Below are positions 9,079 to 19,630 of a stretch of DNA of 64,000 nt, piece by piece. Origin of the DNA: Candidatus Hydrogenedentota bacterium (GTDB taxonomy: Bacteria; Hydrogenedentota; Hydrogenedentia; Hydrogenedentales; JAEUWI01); assembly GCA_034669905.1 (NCBI GenBank), contig JAXMOL010000008.1:116659-180658 (forward strand). Reading direction: 5' to 3'. Each line of letters begins with the position of its first letter. Position 1 is the first letter of the stretch. The notes below the pieces were generated by a model. The model ran no database searches, was not told the DNA's origin, and saw only the letters and a list, made by a program, of their open reading frames with translations. Both the position numbers and the translations under genes were made by a program.

Positions 9079-11331
9079 ATGACTCGTGCACTATTAATCA
9101 CCCTGGCCCTTTCTCTGACGATGTGGGCTGCAAACGCCGACGACACCTGGAAGAGCCCGTTCACCAATTGGACCAAGCTGGAGTCCCCCCTGGTAGAGGT
9201 AACGCCCTTTGTTTTTAAGGAAAAACTCTATCTGATGGAGAGCTGGCAGAAGCAGTGGGAATACTCCTTTGCCAAACATCAGGAACTCTTCCAGGAAGAC
9301 GAAGTCCGCATTCGCGACGTGGCCGCCGACCGCATTGTGTCCGTCCCTCTGGTGGGCCATGGCCTGGCCATGACCTTCGTCTGGGAGGGCCGCGTCTATG
9401 TATTCGGGAGCGATTGGGGCAATGAGAAGAAGTGGCAGGTCCGTGAAGTAAGCCTGACTTCGTCAGATGACCTCGAAAACTGGACCGAGCCCAACGTGGT
9501 CTTGCGCTCCAACGACGACGAAAAATTCTTCAACGTTTCGGTCTGCCGGGGAGACGGCAAGTTTGTCATGCTGGTAGAGACCAATGACCCCCGCTGGCCC
9601 GCGTTCACCTTTAAGTACTTCGTGTCGGATGATCTGGAGAACTGGGAGCAGGTGCCCGACGCGTACTACGGCGTGGATAAGTACGTGGGCGGCCCCGCCC
9701 TCTATTACGAAGGCGGCTACTACTACACCCTTTACCTCCAGAGCCTGGGCAAGCGCCGGTACGAAACCCGGGTCACCCGCTCGAAAGATCTGGTCACGTG
9801 GGAAGATGCCCCCGTGGACCGGCCCTTTGTGACCTACCAGCCCGAGAGCAAGGTTCATCCCCTTCGGCCCCACTACATCCGGGAGCGCAACGCGTCGGAC
9901 GCCGAAATCTGTTACTTCCGGGGCAAGACCCTCGTGTACTACACCGGCGGTGATCAGCAGTTCGCCGGAGATTTGCAGCGGGCAGAGTTTGCCGGAACGC
10001 CCCAGGAACTATTGGAGCATTTCTTTACACCCGAGGGCGCCATCGTCCCCTCCGCCCGCCAGTTGCGCTATCAGGAGAATCAACTGGGTGCCTTTGTCCA
10101 CTACGGCCCGGCAGTCAACACGGAAAACAGCGACATGTTCGCCACGCCTCCGGCGGACGCCTTTAACCCCACCGCCCTCGACACGGACCAGTGGGCCCAG
10201 ACCGCGAAGGCCTTTGGCGCGAAACATATTGTGCTGACGGCCAAACACCACAATGGCTACTGCCTCTGGCCCACGGAAACAACGGACTACTCCATCAAAC
10301 AGTCTCCCTGGAAAGACGGTAGGGGCGATGTCGTTCGGGAATTCGTGGACTCGGCACGTAAATTCGGAATTTCGCCGGGACTCTATGTGTCGGCGGCCGA
10401 CAAGAAGTTCGGCGTAACCAGCACACCGGATCCCATGGGCGAGCGGAAACTGGTGGGCGATCTGGAGGCCTACTTCCCCATCTTCCTCGAACAGCTTCGG
10501 GAAGTGCTCACCAACTACGGTCCCCTGGAGGTGATCTGGCTGGATGCGGCCTTTGATCCCACCGGCCCCGACGTGATGGATGCAAGTGGCACCCCGATTG
10601 GCACCCGCTATGGCGATGCCGTCGTGGATATGGTCCGCACGCTTCAGCCTGATGCCGTGATTATGGGTGGCTCCCGCGCCGACATCCGTTGGGCGGGCAG
10701 CGAGCAGGGCCTCGCCCCCTACCCCCTCTGGAATGTGGTCCCCCCGGGTGAAGGACTCGCTCACTGGATTCCCGATTACTCGGAAGGCTGGTTCTTGCCG
10801 GAGGCCAACATCCACACGCGGTCGACCTGGTTCTGGCAACCCGATTCCGACGGCACCCTCAAGACCGACGAACAAATGCGGACCATGTATGGCAAATCTA
10901 TCGGCCATGGGGCCAACCTGCTGGTCAATATGACCCCCGACCGCACGGGCCGCATCCCGGCCGCCGAAGAGAAGATGTTGCTTACCTTCGGCGATGCCGT
11001 GGCGGCACACTATAGTAAGCCCTTGCTGGAAGTCACCCAGCCCAACGCCTTGGGCGAAGGCGAGGAAATCCTGCTGGATCTCGGCGCCCCTACCACCGTT
11101 GCGGAAATCCTCCTGGAAGAAGACCTCCACTATGGTCAACGGGTCGCCGCCTATCGGGTGGACGCCCAGGTGGACGGCGTATGGAAGACGGTCGCCACGG
11201 GTGAGTCCATCGGACGAAAGCGGATTCAATCCTTTGAGCCCGTTACGGCCACAGCGCTCAAGGTCGTCATCTCAGGCACCCAACCCGAAGCCCACCTCCG
11301 CCGTATAGCGCTGTTCCGCACGGCCTTCTAG
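9079..11331 (+). CDS. Secreted alpha-L-fucosidase (GH29) with an N-terminal beta-propeller domain and a C-terminal F5/8-like domain
   Basis: Signal peptide MTRALLIT after AAGGA. GH29 motifs AFVHYG, LTAKHHNGYCLWP, WLD nucleophile, DIRWAGSEQG and SIGHGANLLVN. The first ~300 aa carry SxDLxxW repeats. Confidence 0.85.
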   Translation: MTRALLITLALSLTMWAANADDTWKSPFTNWTKLESPLVEVTPFVFKEKLYLMESWQKQWEYSFAKHQELFQEDEVRIRDVAADRIVSVPLVGHGLAMTFVWEGRVYVFGSDWGNEKKWQVREVSLTSSDDLENWTEPNVVLRSNDDEKFFNVSVCRGDGKFVMLVETNDPRWPAFTFKYFVSDDLENWEQVPDAYYGVDKYVGGPALYYEGGYYYTLYLQSLGKRRYETRVTRSKDLVTWEDAPVDRPFVTYQPESKVHPLRPHYIRERNASDAEICYFRGKTLVYYTGGDQQFAGDLQRAEFAGTPQELLEHFFTPEGAIVPSARQLRYQENQLGAFVHYGPAVNTENSDMFATPPADAFNPTALDTDQWAQTAKAFGAKHIVLTAKHHNGYCLWPTETTDYSIKQSPWKDGRGDVVREFVDSARKFGISPGLYVSAADKKFGVTSTPDPMGERKLVGDLEAYFPIFLEQLREVLTNYGPLEVIWLDAAFDPTGPDVMDASGTPIGTRYGDAVVDMVRTLQPDAVIMGGSRADIRWAGSEQGLAPYPLWNVVPPGEGLAHWIPDYSEGWFLPEANIHTRSTWFWQPDSDGTLKTDEQMRTMYGKSIGHGANLLVNMTPDRTGRIPAAEEKMLLTFGDAVAAHYSKPLLEVTQPNALGEGEEILLDLGAPTTVAEILLEEDLHYGQRVAAYRVDAQVDGVWKTVATGESIGRKRIQSFEPVTATALKVVISGTQPEAHLRRIALFRTAF

Positions 11332-11397
11332 CTCCCCCGTCATTCTTCAAATTCACACCAACCCCGGCAGGCGCTCCCGCTTGTCGGGGTTTCTTAC
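11276..11397 (+). repeat. Direct repeat A, copy 1 (real fucosidase 3' end plus a decayed sigJ 3' end)
   Basis: Aligns to 13757-13879 with 7 substitutions and 1 indel by manual alignment. Confidence 0.95.
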
Positions 11398-11533
11398 GCT
11401 ACAGCACCGCTGAGGCGGCCAGATCTATGGGAACCGATAGGTGCACCGTTCCGGCTGGGAGTCCCGGGGCAGGTTCTCGAAGGCAGCAACACAACGTCTG
11501 TGCCTGGGCGTCAAGTCCCTCACTCGCACCTGC

Positions 11534-13315
11534 CTACCGGTTTTCAAGGTGCTGCTTATAGAGGTCAAAGAAGGTGTAAGGGTCACAGAATTCCAGTGAC
11601 AAGCCTTCATGATTGGCCTTGACGCGCTCCATGACGGCAGCAACGGTACTGGGCCGTTGCAGGATCATGCGGAAGATGAGGAATTGGGGCCGGTCGCCCT
11701 GTGCGGAGCCCGCGATTTCATCGGCGGTCTTGTCAAGATTGTTGGGGTCGGGATAGATATCCCGCGCGTGGCGGAGAAAGGGTGTGCCGTTCACCTGGGG
11801 CTTTTCGAAGCCAAGCTGCATGCCCACGCCCCGGGGTGAGAACGCGGCGTAGGCCTCCTGGATCCGTAACGGCATATCCCCGTGGAAGCCGTTGATCACG
11901 AAGCCTGTGATGTCGTAATCGAAACGGGCGTAGTAGTCCTTGTTATGCTTGACCCACAGATCCAGCGCGTCGGGCAGCCCCGACCCCAGGCGATCGCCGA
12001 TGAGGAGATTGGGGTTAAGGTAGCCGGCACCGGAATCCCCACCAATGAACCAGTCCTGGTCCGTCCGTGTCTCATAGACATGGTCAAAGACGTAGGGCAC
12101 ACGGTCTGAGAGATTGGGATTAAAGGCCCAGGCCAGGGGAATGGTCCCTCGGGCGGGGTCATCCCACACGTTGGGAATATTTCGCGAAAGCCAGGCCGCC
12201 GCATCGTAGTCACCCATATAGACGAGTACGTACGTCTTGTCCTCCAGCTTGCCGGCGACGGGCCGACGCTGGGTGTAGCGCTTTTTCAAGGGGTGGTGCT
12301 GGTAGGCCGAAGCGTTGGCAAGCCCCGACAGGCCCAGCGCATCGGCATCCATCACCCCATTATGGGCGGATATCAGTGCCGCATGTTCCCATTCCGTGGG
12401 GACGGGCTCGTGCTTTCCGCCCACCTCGCCATGATTCGTATACTTCTGATTCCATGGTGTGAAGCCGCAAACGGTGGCGATTTTCTTTCCCCCATTCTGC
12501 GTCGCGAGGGATTTCAGTATGGCCACAAAGGTGGCGCGATCCGTCCCCACGGGCTGGCCGGGGTCATCGTTCGGCGCCTCATCCCCCCAGGGCCCCAAAT
12601 CGAAAACGAAGGCGCGGTTGGCAATATAGTAATCTTGATTCGCGAGCACCGCATTGTCCAGATCCGGGTAATGAAATCCCGGCATCTCAGGTCGCTGTGA
12701 ATAGGCATCCACGCAATAGGCCAACAGAGCGTCATGGCACCGCCCGGCATCCAGGTACTCCCGCTTTGCCCACAAATAGGCATCGCATTTTGCGCTGCCC
12801 GATTCGCTGCCGTCGAAGCGATCGACCAGCGATAGTTTAACGGGGAGCTTCGGACCTGTCGTAACCAACGCATTGTAAATGGCACTATCCGCCCGGACAG
12901 GCAGCCATCCTTCCACACCGCAGATGGTCGCGGCCACGTTCGACGTCGCGGGCACCTTGGGATCCCAAACAACAACGCCGGTAAGGGCTCCGGAAAATTC
13001 TTCGAATAAATCGGCCAGTGTGTCAATCTGGATGAGCGAACGCTCCTTGAGCCACCCCTTTTGAAGGTGGTGAAGCCAGTAATCGTCCACATTGATGGCG
13101 CCGGTCTGGCTCGTTCCCCGCAGGAATCGAATGACCAAACGGGGTTCGTCTCGATTGACCAGCCCCTGCAGCGCGGTTACCAATTTCAACGTATCATATT
13201 GAAGCTCGGTATCACCGCCACACCGCTGGAGCGCGGTCTCCATATCCATCACAACAAGGGGTTCGGCCAACGCCGCCGAAGAACACAAAAAAAGGGCCGC
13301 GGCCAGTTTCATCAT
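11534..13315 (-). CDS. GxGYxYP-family putative glycoside hydrolase, secreted
   Basis: Signal peptide, LQGLVNR N-terminal motif, YMGDYD, RGTIPLAW and SGAGYLNP. Confidence 0.78.
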   Translation of the reverse strand: MMKLAAALFLCSSAALAEPLVVMDMETALQRCGGDTELQYDTLKLVTALQGLVNRDEPRLVIRFLRGTSQTGAINVDDYWLHHLQKGWLKERSLIQIDTLADLFEEFSGALTGVVVWDPKVPATSNVAATICGVEGWLPVRADSAIYNALVTTGPKLPVKLSLVDRFDGSESGSAKCDAYLWAKREYLDAGRCHDALLAYCVDAYSQRPEMPGFHYPDLDNAVLANQDYYIANRAFVFDLGPWGDEAPNDDPGQPVGTDRATFVAILKSLATQNGGKKIATVCGFTPWNQKYTNHGEVGGKHEPVPTEWEHAALISAHNGVMDADALGLSGLANASAYQHHPLKKRYTQRRPVAGKLEDKTYVLVYMGDYDAAAWLSRNIPNVWDDPARGTIPLAWAFNPNLSDRVPYVFDHVYETRTDQDWFIGGDSGAGYLNPNLLIGDRLGSGLPDALDLWVKHNKDYYARFDYDITGFVINGFHGDMPLRIQEAYAAFSPRGVGMQLGFEKPQVNGTPFLRHARDIYPDPNNLDKTADEIAGSAQGDRPQFLIFRMILQRPSTVAAVMERVKANHEGLSLEFCDPYTFFDLYKQHLENR

Positions 13316-13756
13316 GATTTACTTCCAATCAGGGGGATTGACGTCCGAAGTCCGTCGTTACTACACGTTAAGTGGGAACAGGGTGGGATATCGGTGCCGC
13401 GCAAGGGGCGGCGAATTGAAAAAAATCGCCTGCCAGACAGGTACGCCACGGTGTCGATTCCAGAGCGTCATGGCATCTCGGGTAGCCGCAGGACAGGACG
13501 ACGAATCGGCCCTTGACCGCGGTGAGCAAGTATCCCCGAAGTCGGCCGCGCATGGTGTTGCCGGTCACCACCACCTTCCCGGGCATGATACGCTGAGAAT
13601 GAGCCTTCTGGCAATACACTTTGTCCCATCGGGCCGCCGAGGTCGGAAATTTTTTCAGGGCGTGTTGGATAAAGGCCGTCCACGAAACGAGCGGACGCAA
13701 TGGAGTTCGGCCCCATGCCCCTGTGGGCTCGACAGCCCCCAACGTTCTCATCATTC

Positions 13757-13879
13757 GCACCCGACCCGAAGCCCATCTCCGCCGTATAGCGCTGTTTCGC
13801 ACGGCCTTCTAGCTCCCCACGCCATCCTTCAAATTCACCCCAACCCCGGCAGGCGCTCCAGCTTGTCGGGGTTTCTTAC
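13757..13879 (+). repeat. Direct repeat A, copy 2 (decayed fucosidase 3' end plus the real sigJ 3' end)
   Basis: Encodes PEAHLRRIALFRTAF* on + and RNPDKLERLPGLG* on -. Confidence 0.95.
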
Positions 13880-14716
13880 CACATAGACCCGCTGAATCTT
13901 GCTCTCCACGATGTCTACGGTGAAGGCCGTGTCGGGCCGCCCTCCCGAATAGACGATGACCCCGGGCCCGCCGTTGATCGGGACAAATCGCAGGGACGGG
14001 TCCTTGGGCGGAAAACGCTTGGAGATGCCCACGAAAAAGCGGGCGATCTTATCGGCGCCATAGATGGTGCGACGGGCCGACGCCGCCTTGCCGCCATGGT
14101 CGCTGTGGAGCGTAGCCTCGTCGGCCAACATGGATACCAGTTGCTCCACTTCACCGGCCTGGGTCGCCATCATGAAGGTCTGAAACAACGCCTGGTGCGA
14201 TTCCGGGTCAATCACGCGCCTGGAAGCCCGCTGCTGGACCCGCTCCCTGGCCCGCCGCACGATCTGCCGACAATTGGCTTCACTTTTCTCAAGCACCGCA
14301 GCGACGTCTGCGTAGGAGTAGTCGAAGGCTTCCCGAAGCAACAGGGCCGCACGCTCCACGGGGTTGAGCCGCTCCAGCATCAACAAAAATGCCACGGACA
14401 ACGATTCCGCCAACGCAACCGTATCCGAGGCGAGGGGTTCCTCGACCAGGGGTTCGGGTAACCACTCTCCCACGTAGTGCTCCCGCTGCTTTCGGGCGGA
14501 GCGGAGCACATCGATGCTCATGCGGGTCACCATGGTGCAGAGGAGGGCCTGGGGATTCTCCACCAACTCACGGTCCAGGCGAGACCAGCGAAGCCAGGCA
14601 TCCTGCACCACATCTTCGGCATCGTGCACGCTTCCCAGCATGCGGTAAGCGATGGCGAAAAGCCGGGGGCGGTGGGCGTCAAATTCGGTGACGTCAGACA
14701 TCGGAGAGCCCGTCAT
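13835..14716 (-). CDS. sigJ: ECF41-group RNA polymerase sigma factor SigJ with a SnoaL-like C-terminal extension
   Basis: Motifs DAEDVVQD, YVGEWLPEP, SDHGGK and RNPDKL. ATGA overlap with the CMD gene. Confidence 0.9.
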   Translation of the reverse strand: MTGSPMSDVTEFDAHRPRLFAIAYRMLGSVHDAEDVVQDAWLRWSRLDRELVENPQALLCTMVTRMSIDVLRSARKQREHYVGEWLPEPLVEEPLASDTVALAESLSVAFLLMLERLNPVERAALLLREAFDYSYADVAAVLEKSEANCRQIVRRARERVQQRASRRVIDPESHQALFQTFMMATQAGEVEQLVSMLADEATLHSDHGGKAASARRTIYGADKIARFFVGISKRFPPKDPSLRFVPINGGPGVIVYSGGRPDTAFTVDIVESKIQRVYVVRNPDKLERLPGLG

Positions 14717-15288
14717 TCGGTGAGCTCCGAAAGGGCACGCTCATCCAGCCCACGGGGCTTGACGGCACACATGCCGTCGGACGGAATACCGAGTGGCCCA
14801 TTGACCAGATTGTAAAAGTATTCAATCGCATTGACCAGCGTAATCTCCACAATTTCCTCTTCACTATAGTGGCACTTCAGGGTGTCAAAGACATCATCGG
14901 GCACGACCCTGTCCCGGGTCACCGCTGCCACATAGGCCAAGGCGGCCCGCTCGGCATCGGTGAAATGGGGATCGACCGCGAAATCCGAAACACGCCAGAG
15001 CTTCTCGAGCAACGCGGCATCATGGGCCGCAAAGGAGCGGGTGATATCGATGCAGAACCCACATTGATTGTACCCGGCGGTATAGCCCTGAATCAGCAAG
15101 AGGAGGGCTGGGTCCAGTTTAGCGTTTTTCATATACCCGGTTATCTTCTGATACACGGGCATGATGGCCGGCACACGGGCCATCACCACTTTCATCGGCG
15201 TAATGACCCGACCATAGGTCCTACGGCAATAGGCATAGGCCAGTCGAACACGCAATCCGGGAGGCTTTTCGAGGGGTGTCAATCGCAT
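14713..15288 (-). CDS. Carboxymuconolactone decarboxylase/AhpD-family protein
   Basis: NQCGFCID and FTDAERAALAY motifs; the usual partner gene of ECF41 sigma factors. Confidence 0.85.
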   Translation of the reverse strand: MRLTPLEKPPGLRVRLAYAYCRRTYGRVITPMKVVMARVPAIMPVYQKITGYMKNAKLDPALLLLIQGYTAGYNQCGFCIDITRSFAAHDAALLEKLWRVSDFAVDPHFTDAERAALAYVAAVTRDRVVPDDVFDTLKCHYSEEEIVEITLVNAIEYFYNLVNGPLGIPSDGMCAVKPRGLDERALSELTE

Positions 15289-15322
15289 AGTGCTTGTCTC
15301 CTTGGGGTTGATCTACAACAAG

Positions 15323-15349
15323 GACGAGACAACGGGCTGCGATGTGACA
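15323..15349 (-). promoter_or_regulatory. ECF41 promoter TGTCACA-N16-CGTC
   Basis: Reverse strand reads TGTCACA tcgcagcccgttgtct CGTC, directly upstream of the CMD-sigJ operon. Confidence 0.88.
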
Positions 15350-15565
15350 CCCTGGGCTCTTATAAAACCAATAAAACAATCGCTTCTCGTCAAGGCTATA
15401 CCCTAATTCGCGCCCTTTGATGGACGCGACACTGGCGAATATCTGCCTCTTGCTATAGACTGAACGACGGAGGAGCACATCGATTGGGAGATGGGGTGGC
15501 AACGAGACGCCCCCCGCGCAGTATCGATGGGTTTCACAAACGTGCCCATTGGGAGTATTACCAGC

Positions 15566-18500
15566 ATGGAAAGTGTTAGCTACTTGTTGGCGGAGTTGGG
15601 AAAAAATCTTTCCCTGCTGTTGGCCCTTCTTTTCATTTGGGAAAAGTTACGCCCCCGGGTGGCAAATCCGGGGTCCCGTGGCAACCAGGCGGTTCTGGGA
15701 ATCCTTTTCGGTGTTGCGGGGTGCATCGGCATGCGCATGGCCACCGAGATTTCACCCGGTGTCCTCATCGACTACCGGGCCACGTTGGCGGGACTGGCAG
15801 GACTCTATGGGGGGCCGATCGGTGCGCTGATCTCAACAGGTCTTATCGTGCTCTATCGAATTGTACTCGATGGTGTCGGGGTTGTCCCGGGAGCAGGGGT
15901 CGCGATTACGGGCGGCATTTTGGGTGTCCTCCTTCACCAACAGCTACGTTGGCGTTCTCAATCAGTCAGCTATCTCCACCTCCTCATTCTCGGCGTACTC
16001 GTGACGATATTCGCCCCCCTCTGGGCCTTTATGCTCCCCAGCGGTATGGGGACGACCATCTACGTGGAGCGTCTCCTTCCCCTCTTGGTGCTCCACCCTG
16101 CGGCGACGGTTCTATTGGGCAGTCTGTTCCTCCTTGATGCACGCTGGCAGGAAACCGAACGACTGCGTGCGGACGATGCCGAGCGCATGGCCCAGGCGAC
16201 GACATCCGCCGGGATCGGCATCTGGGAATATGACCCACGCAGTCAGAAAACGACCTGCTCGCCCAACATGAACGGGCTCTTTGGCAGAAGTGGGGAGCCC
16301 TTTCCCGCAGACTACGCTGGCTTTCTCGAGCTGCTGCTTCCCAAAGACAGGGCTGAGATGGAACGCTGGGTGGAAACGGCGTGTGCACAACAAGCGGTCG
16401 AGCCCCTGATGTTTCGGGCGCTATGGCCCGATGGGGATATTCATTGGTATGAAGCCACGGGGCGCATCATTTACCGTGGCCCGACCCGGGAAACACGGCT
16501 GGCTGGCGTTGTTTCCGACGTCACGAAGCGCCAGCGGTCGGAAGAATTACGCGCGTTGAGCGAGGCCCGTCTGGCAGAAGCACAACGCATGTCGCGCATC
16601 GGAAGCTACGAACTCGACCGCGCCAGAAGCTCTATTTACTGGTCTGACGGACTCTTCGAGATATTGGGCCTGGAACGGGGCACCTTTGAGCTGAACGAAG
16701 AGAATGTGCTGCAACTGGTCTACGAACCGGATCGCGCCAGCTACCTGGAGACCTTCAACGAAGTGCAGCGTACGGGCAATTCCTACGAAGGCGAACTCCG
16801 TGTTCAACTCCCGGATGCCAGGATACGGACCCTTCAGCACACGGTAAATCCCATCGTGGATTCGACCGGTCGGTGCATCGGATTTCGGGGCACGGTCCAG
16901 GATGTGACCGAACGCAATGAGGGGGAGGCGCGCATTCGAGAGAGTGAATCCCTGTTTCGGGTCATGTTTGAGCAGGCCGCCGTCGGGGTCGCTCAGCTCG
17001 ACTCCCGAACAGGGGCCTTCCTGAAGATTAACCGGCGCTTTTGTGAAATCATTGGGTACCCTGAGGCCGATATTCGGGGGCGCACCTTCCACGAGATCAC
17101 CCATCCGGACGATCTTCAGAGGGACCAGACACAAATGGAGGCCCTGATCGCAGGCCGGTTGACGCACTACACCCTGGAAAAGCGCTATCTCCACCAGGAT
17201 GGGCACATCGTATGGGTCAATCTTTCTGTCTCGGCACTCTGGGAGCCCGGTGAGTCCCCCGATCATCACATGGCTATTGTGGAAGATATCACCGAGCGAA
17301 AGCAGGCGGAGTTGTTGCTGCGCGAAAGTGAAGCACGGCTGACCGAATCACAGCAAATCGCCCGCATTGGCTCCTGGCGTTGGGATGTCGTAAATGACAA
17401 GGCCTGGTGCTCGGAAGCCGTCTACGCCATGCTTCATATTGAACAAGGAACGCTCGACCCCGCCCTTCCTGCCTTTTTCGAGATGATTCATCCAGACGAC
17501 GAAGCGCGGATCCGGGAATACTTCCATTCCAGCCTGCAACGTGGCGCCCCATTGGATTTCGAATACCGCCATCAGATTCCGGGACACGATCTGATGCATG
17601 TTCGCGTATTGGGAAACCCGACGCTGGGCGAACAGGGCGCGGTGCTCTCCTATCGCGGCGTCACGCAGGACATCACGGCACTACGCGAATCCGAACAGGC
17701 CCTTCAAAGCCGGGAACTGCGGTACCAACGGCTCGTCGAGAGTCTCCCGGTTTGCGTCCATACGATCGACAGGTTGGGCCAACTATCGTCGATCAATGCG
17801 AGTGGACTGTGTATGCTTGGTGCGACTTCCGAAGGGGAGGTGCTGGGAACCCCTTATCTGGACTTCGCCTCAGACGCGGATCGTGACCGAATCGCCCGCC
17901 TGCTGGAGGAGGCCTGGGAGGGTTCCCCGAGTGAATTTGAATACCAGCTGTCTTTCGACGGGCGCTCCCGTTGCTTCCAATCCAGTTTCGTACCGCTGAT
18001 GGGACCGGATGGCAGCATAGAAGAGATATTGGGACACACATTGGACCTCACGGAATCTCGGGCGCGAGAAGCGGCGCTACGGGAGTTGGCAACCGCCATT
18101 GATCAGGCGGCGGAGGGTATCCTGATTACCGATACCGCGCGTACGATCGAGTATGCCAATCCGGCCCTGTTGGAGATCACGGGCTTCTCGATGGAAGAAC
18201 TCCTGGGAAACTCGATCGCCGCGCTCTACAGCACCCCGGAAAACCAGGCCCAGCTTGATACCATATGGGAAACGGTCCTGGCGGGAAATACCTGGAAAGG
18301 TGAGTGCGCCAATATTGACCGCCGCGGGAAACACTATGTCGAGCGAGCCACCCTGTCTCCCGTGCTGGCTCCTTCCGGCGAAACCACCAAAGTGGTCGGC
18401 CTGTTTCGGGATGTGACGCAGGAACGAATGCTGGAGAACCAGCTCTTGCACGCGCAGAAGCTGGAAGCTATCGGCACGCTGGCCGGGGGCATCGCCCATG

Positions 18501-19630
18501 ACTTCAACAATATCCTTCATATCATGCTCGGAAACTGCCGACACGCCCGGGAGAACAAGTTGCAGGATCCCGAGGTGGTCTTGCACTGCCTGGATGAAAT
18601 CGAATACGGGGGCCAGCGCGCCACCCGGCTCATTGAGCAGATTCTGACCTTCAGCCGCGTCAAAGACACTATGTTCCAGCCAATCGGAGTGGCCCAACTG
18701 CTCCGTGAAGTTGTCCAGTTCCTTCGAGGTTCACTTCCGGCCAGCGTCGATATCTCCCTGGAGATCCATCGTTCCGATCTTGTTGTGAATGGGGATTTCA
18801 CCCAACTGCATCAGCTTATCACCAATCTTTGCACCAACGCCTATCAGGCCATCGGTTCGGGCCACGGCTCCATCACACTTTCGGTAACGCAGCAGACAAT
18901 AGCCGATAGTTTCCCGACCCTTTCGGGCACCTTGACGGCCGGAGACTTCGTGGTCATTCGCGTGACCGATACGGGCTTGGGTATCCAGCCCGAGAACCTG
19001 GAACGCATCTTTGACCCGTTTTTCACCACGAAGGAAGTCGGTGAAGGCACCGGATTGGGACTCTCCATCGTTCACGGCGTGGTCCACACTATGGGCGGTG
19101 CCATCGACATTCAGTCCGTGCCCCATGAGGGGACGACGGTGTCGGTCTACCTGCCCGCTTCCAAGGAGGCCGTCAGACCCGCCACACCGGAAACGATGGA
19201 ACGACAGGAGGTCCATAGCGGCGCACCCTTCCGTATACTGCTGGTGGATGACGAGACGGCCATTACGGGAATGCTTACCCGCGCCCTCGGAAAGCGCGGC
19301 TGCACCATCACCGCGTACAATGAACCGCTGAAGGCCATTGCCGATCTTCCGAAACACGCGGCTGAAGAAAACCCCTTTGATATTGCCATCTGCGACCTGA
19401 CGATGCCCAGGATGAACGGGATCGAGTTGTCGGGCCATATCTCCGACCACTTCCCCGAACTTCCTATTCTCCTGGCAACCGGCATGCTCGACGAAGCCCG
19501 GTTCAACGAGATCCCGCCCAATCAATTCGCGGAGGTACTGCGAAAGCCCTTCAGTATCCGCCGCCTCCTCGAGACCATCGAACGCCACGTATCCCCTGCG
19601 GATCGCGAGCGAGCGCCAGCCCCCGATTGA
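15566..19630 (+). CDS. Hybrid sensor histidine kinase (5TM-LytS-like membrane domain, six PAS/PAC, HisKA, HATPase, receiver)
   Basis: Hydrophobic N-terminus with DYRATLAGLAGLYGGP, repeated PAS motifs, GGIAHDFNNIL, FDPFFTTK..GTGLGL and a receiver LLVDDE...DLTMP...KPF. Confidence 0.92.
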   Translation: MESVSYLLAELGKNLSLLLALLFIWEKLRPRVANPGSRGNQAVLGILFGVAGCIGMRMATEISPGVLIDYRATLAGLAGLYGGPIGALISTGLIVLYRIVLDGVGVVPGAGVAITGGILGVLLHQQLRWRSQSVSYLHLLILGVLVTIFAPLWAFMLPSGMGTTIYVERLLPLLVLHPAATVLLGSLFLLDARWQETERLRADDAERMAQATTSAGIGIWEYDPRSQKTTCSPNMNGLFGRSGEPFPADYAGFLELLLPKDRAEMERWVETACAQQAVEPLMFRALWPDGDIHWYEATGRIIYRGPTRETRLAGVVSDVTKRQRSEELRALSEARLAEAQRMSRIGSYELDRARSSIYWSDGLFEILGLERGTFELNEENVLQLVYEPDRASYLETFNEVQRTGNSYEGELRVQLPDARIRTLQHTVNPIVDSTGRCIGFRGTVQDVTERNEGEARIRESESLFRVMFEQAAVGVAQLDSRTGAFLKINRRFCEIIGYPEADIRGRTFHEITHPDDLQRDQTQMEALIAGRLTHYTLEKRYLHQDGHIVWVNLSVSALWEPGESPDHHMAIVEDITERKQAELLLRESEARLTESQQIARIGSWRWDVVNDKAWCSEAVYAMLHIEQGTLDPALPAFFEMIHPDDEARIREYFHSSLQRGAPLDFEYRHQIPGHDLMHVRVLGNPTLGEQGAVLSYRGVTQDITALRESEQALQSRELRYQRLVESLPVCVHTIDRLGQLSSINASGLCMLGATSEGEVLGTPYLDFASDADRDRIARLLEEAWEGSPSEFEYQLSFDGRSRCFQSSFVPLMGPDGSIEEILGHTLDLTESRAREAALRELATAIDQAAEGILITDTARTIEYANPALLEITGFSMEELLGNSIAALYSTPENQAQLDTIWETVLAGNTWKGECANIDRRGKHYVERATLSPVLAPSGETTKVVGLFRDVTQERMLENQLLHAQKLEAIGTLAGGIAHDFNNILHIMLGNCRHARENKLQDPEVVLHCLDEIEYGGQRATRLIEQILTFSRVKDTMFQPIGVAQLLREVVQFLRGSLPASVDISLEIHRSDLVVNGDFTQLHQLITNLCTNAYQAIGSGHGSITLSVTQQTIADSFPTLSGTLTAGDFVVIRVTDTGLGIQPENLERIFDPFFTTKEVGEGTGLGLSIVHGVVHTMGGAIDIQSVPHEGTTVSVYLPASKEAVRPATPETMERQEVHSGAPFRILLVDDETAITGMLTRALGKRGCTITAYNEPLKAIADLPKHAAEENPFDIAICDLTMPRMNGIELSGHISDHFPELPILLATGMLDEARFNEIPPNQFAEVLRKPFSIRRLLETIERHVSPADRERAPAPD

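Noticed and set aside
13314..13886. Several 60-190 aa ORFs between the GxGYxYP gene and sigJ
   Set aside because: None has a recognisable motif or ribosome-binding site. The only meaningful part is the duplicated fucosidase tail.
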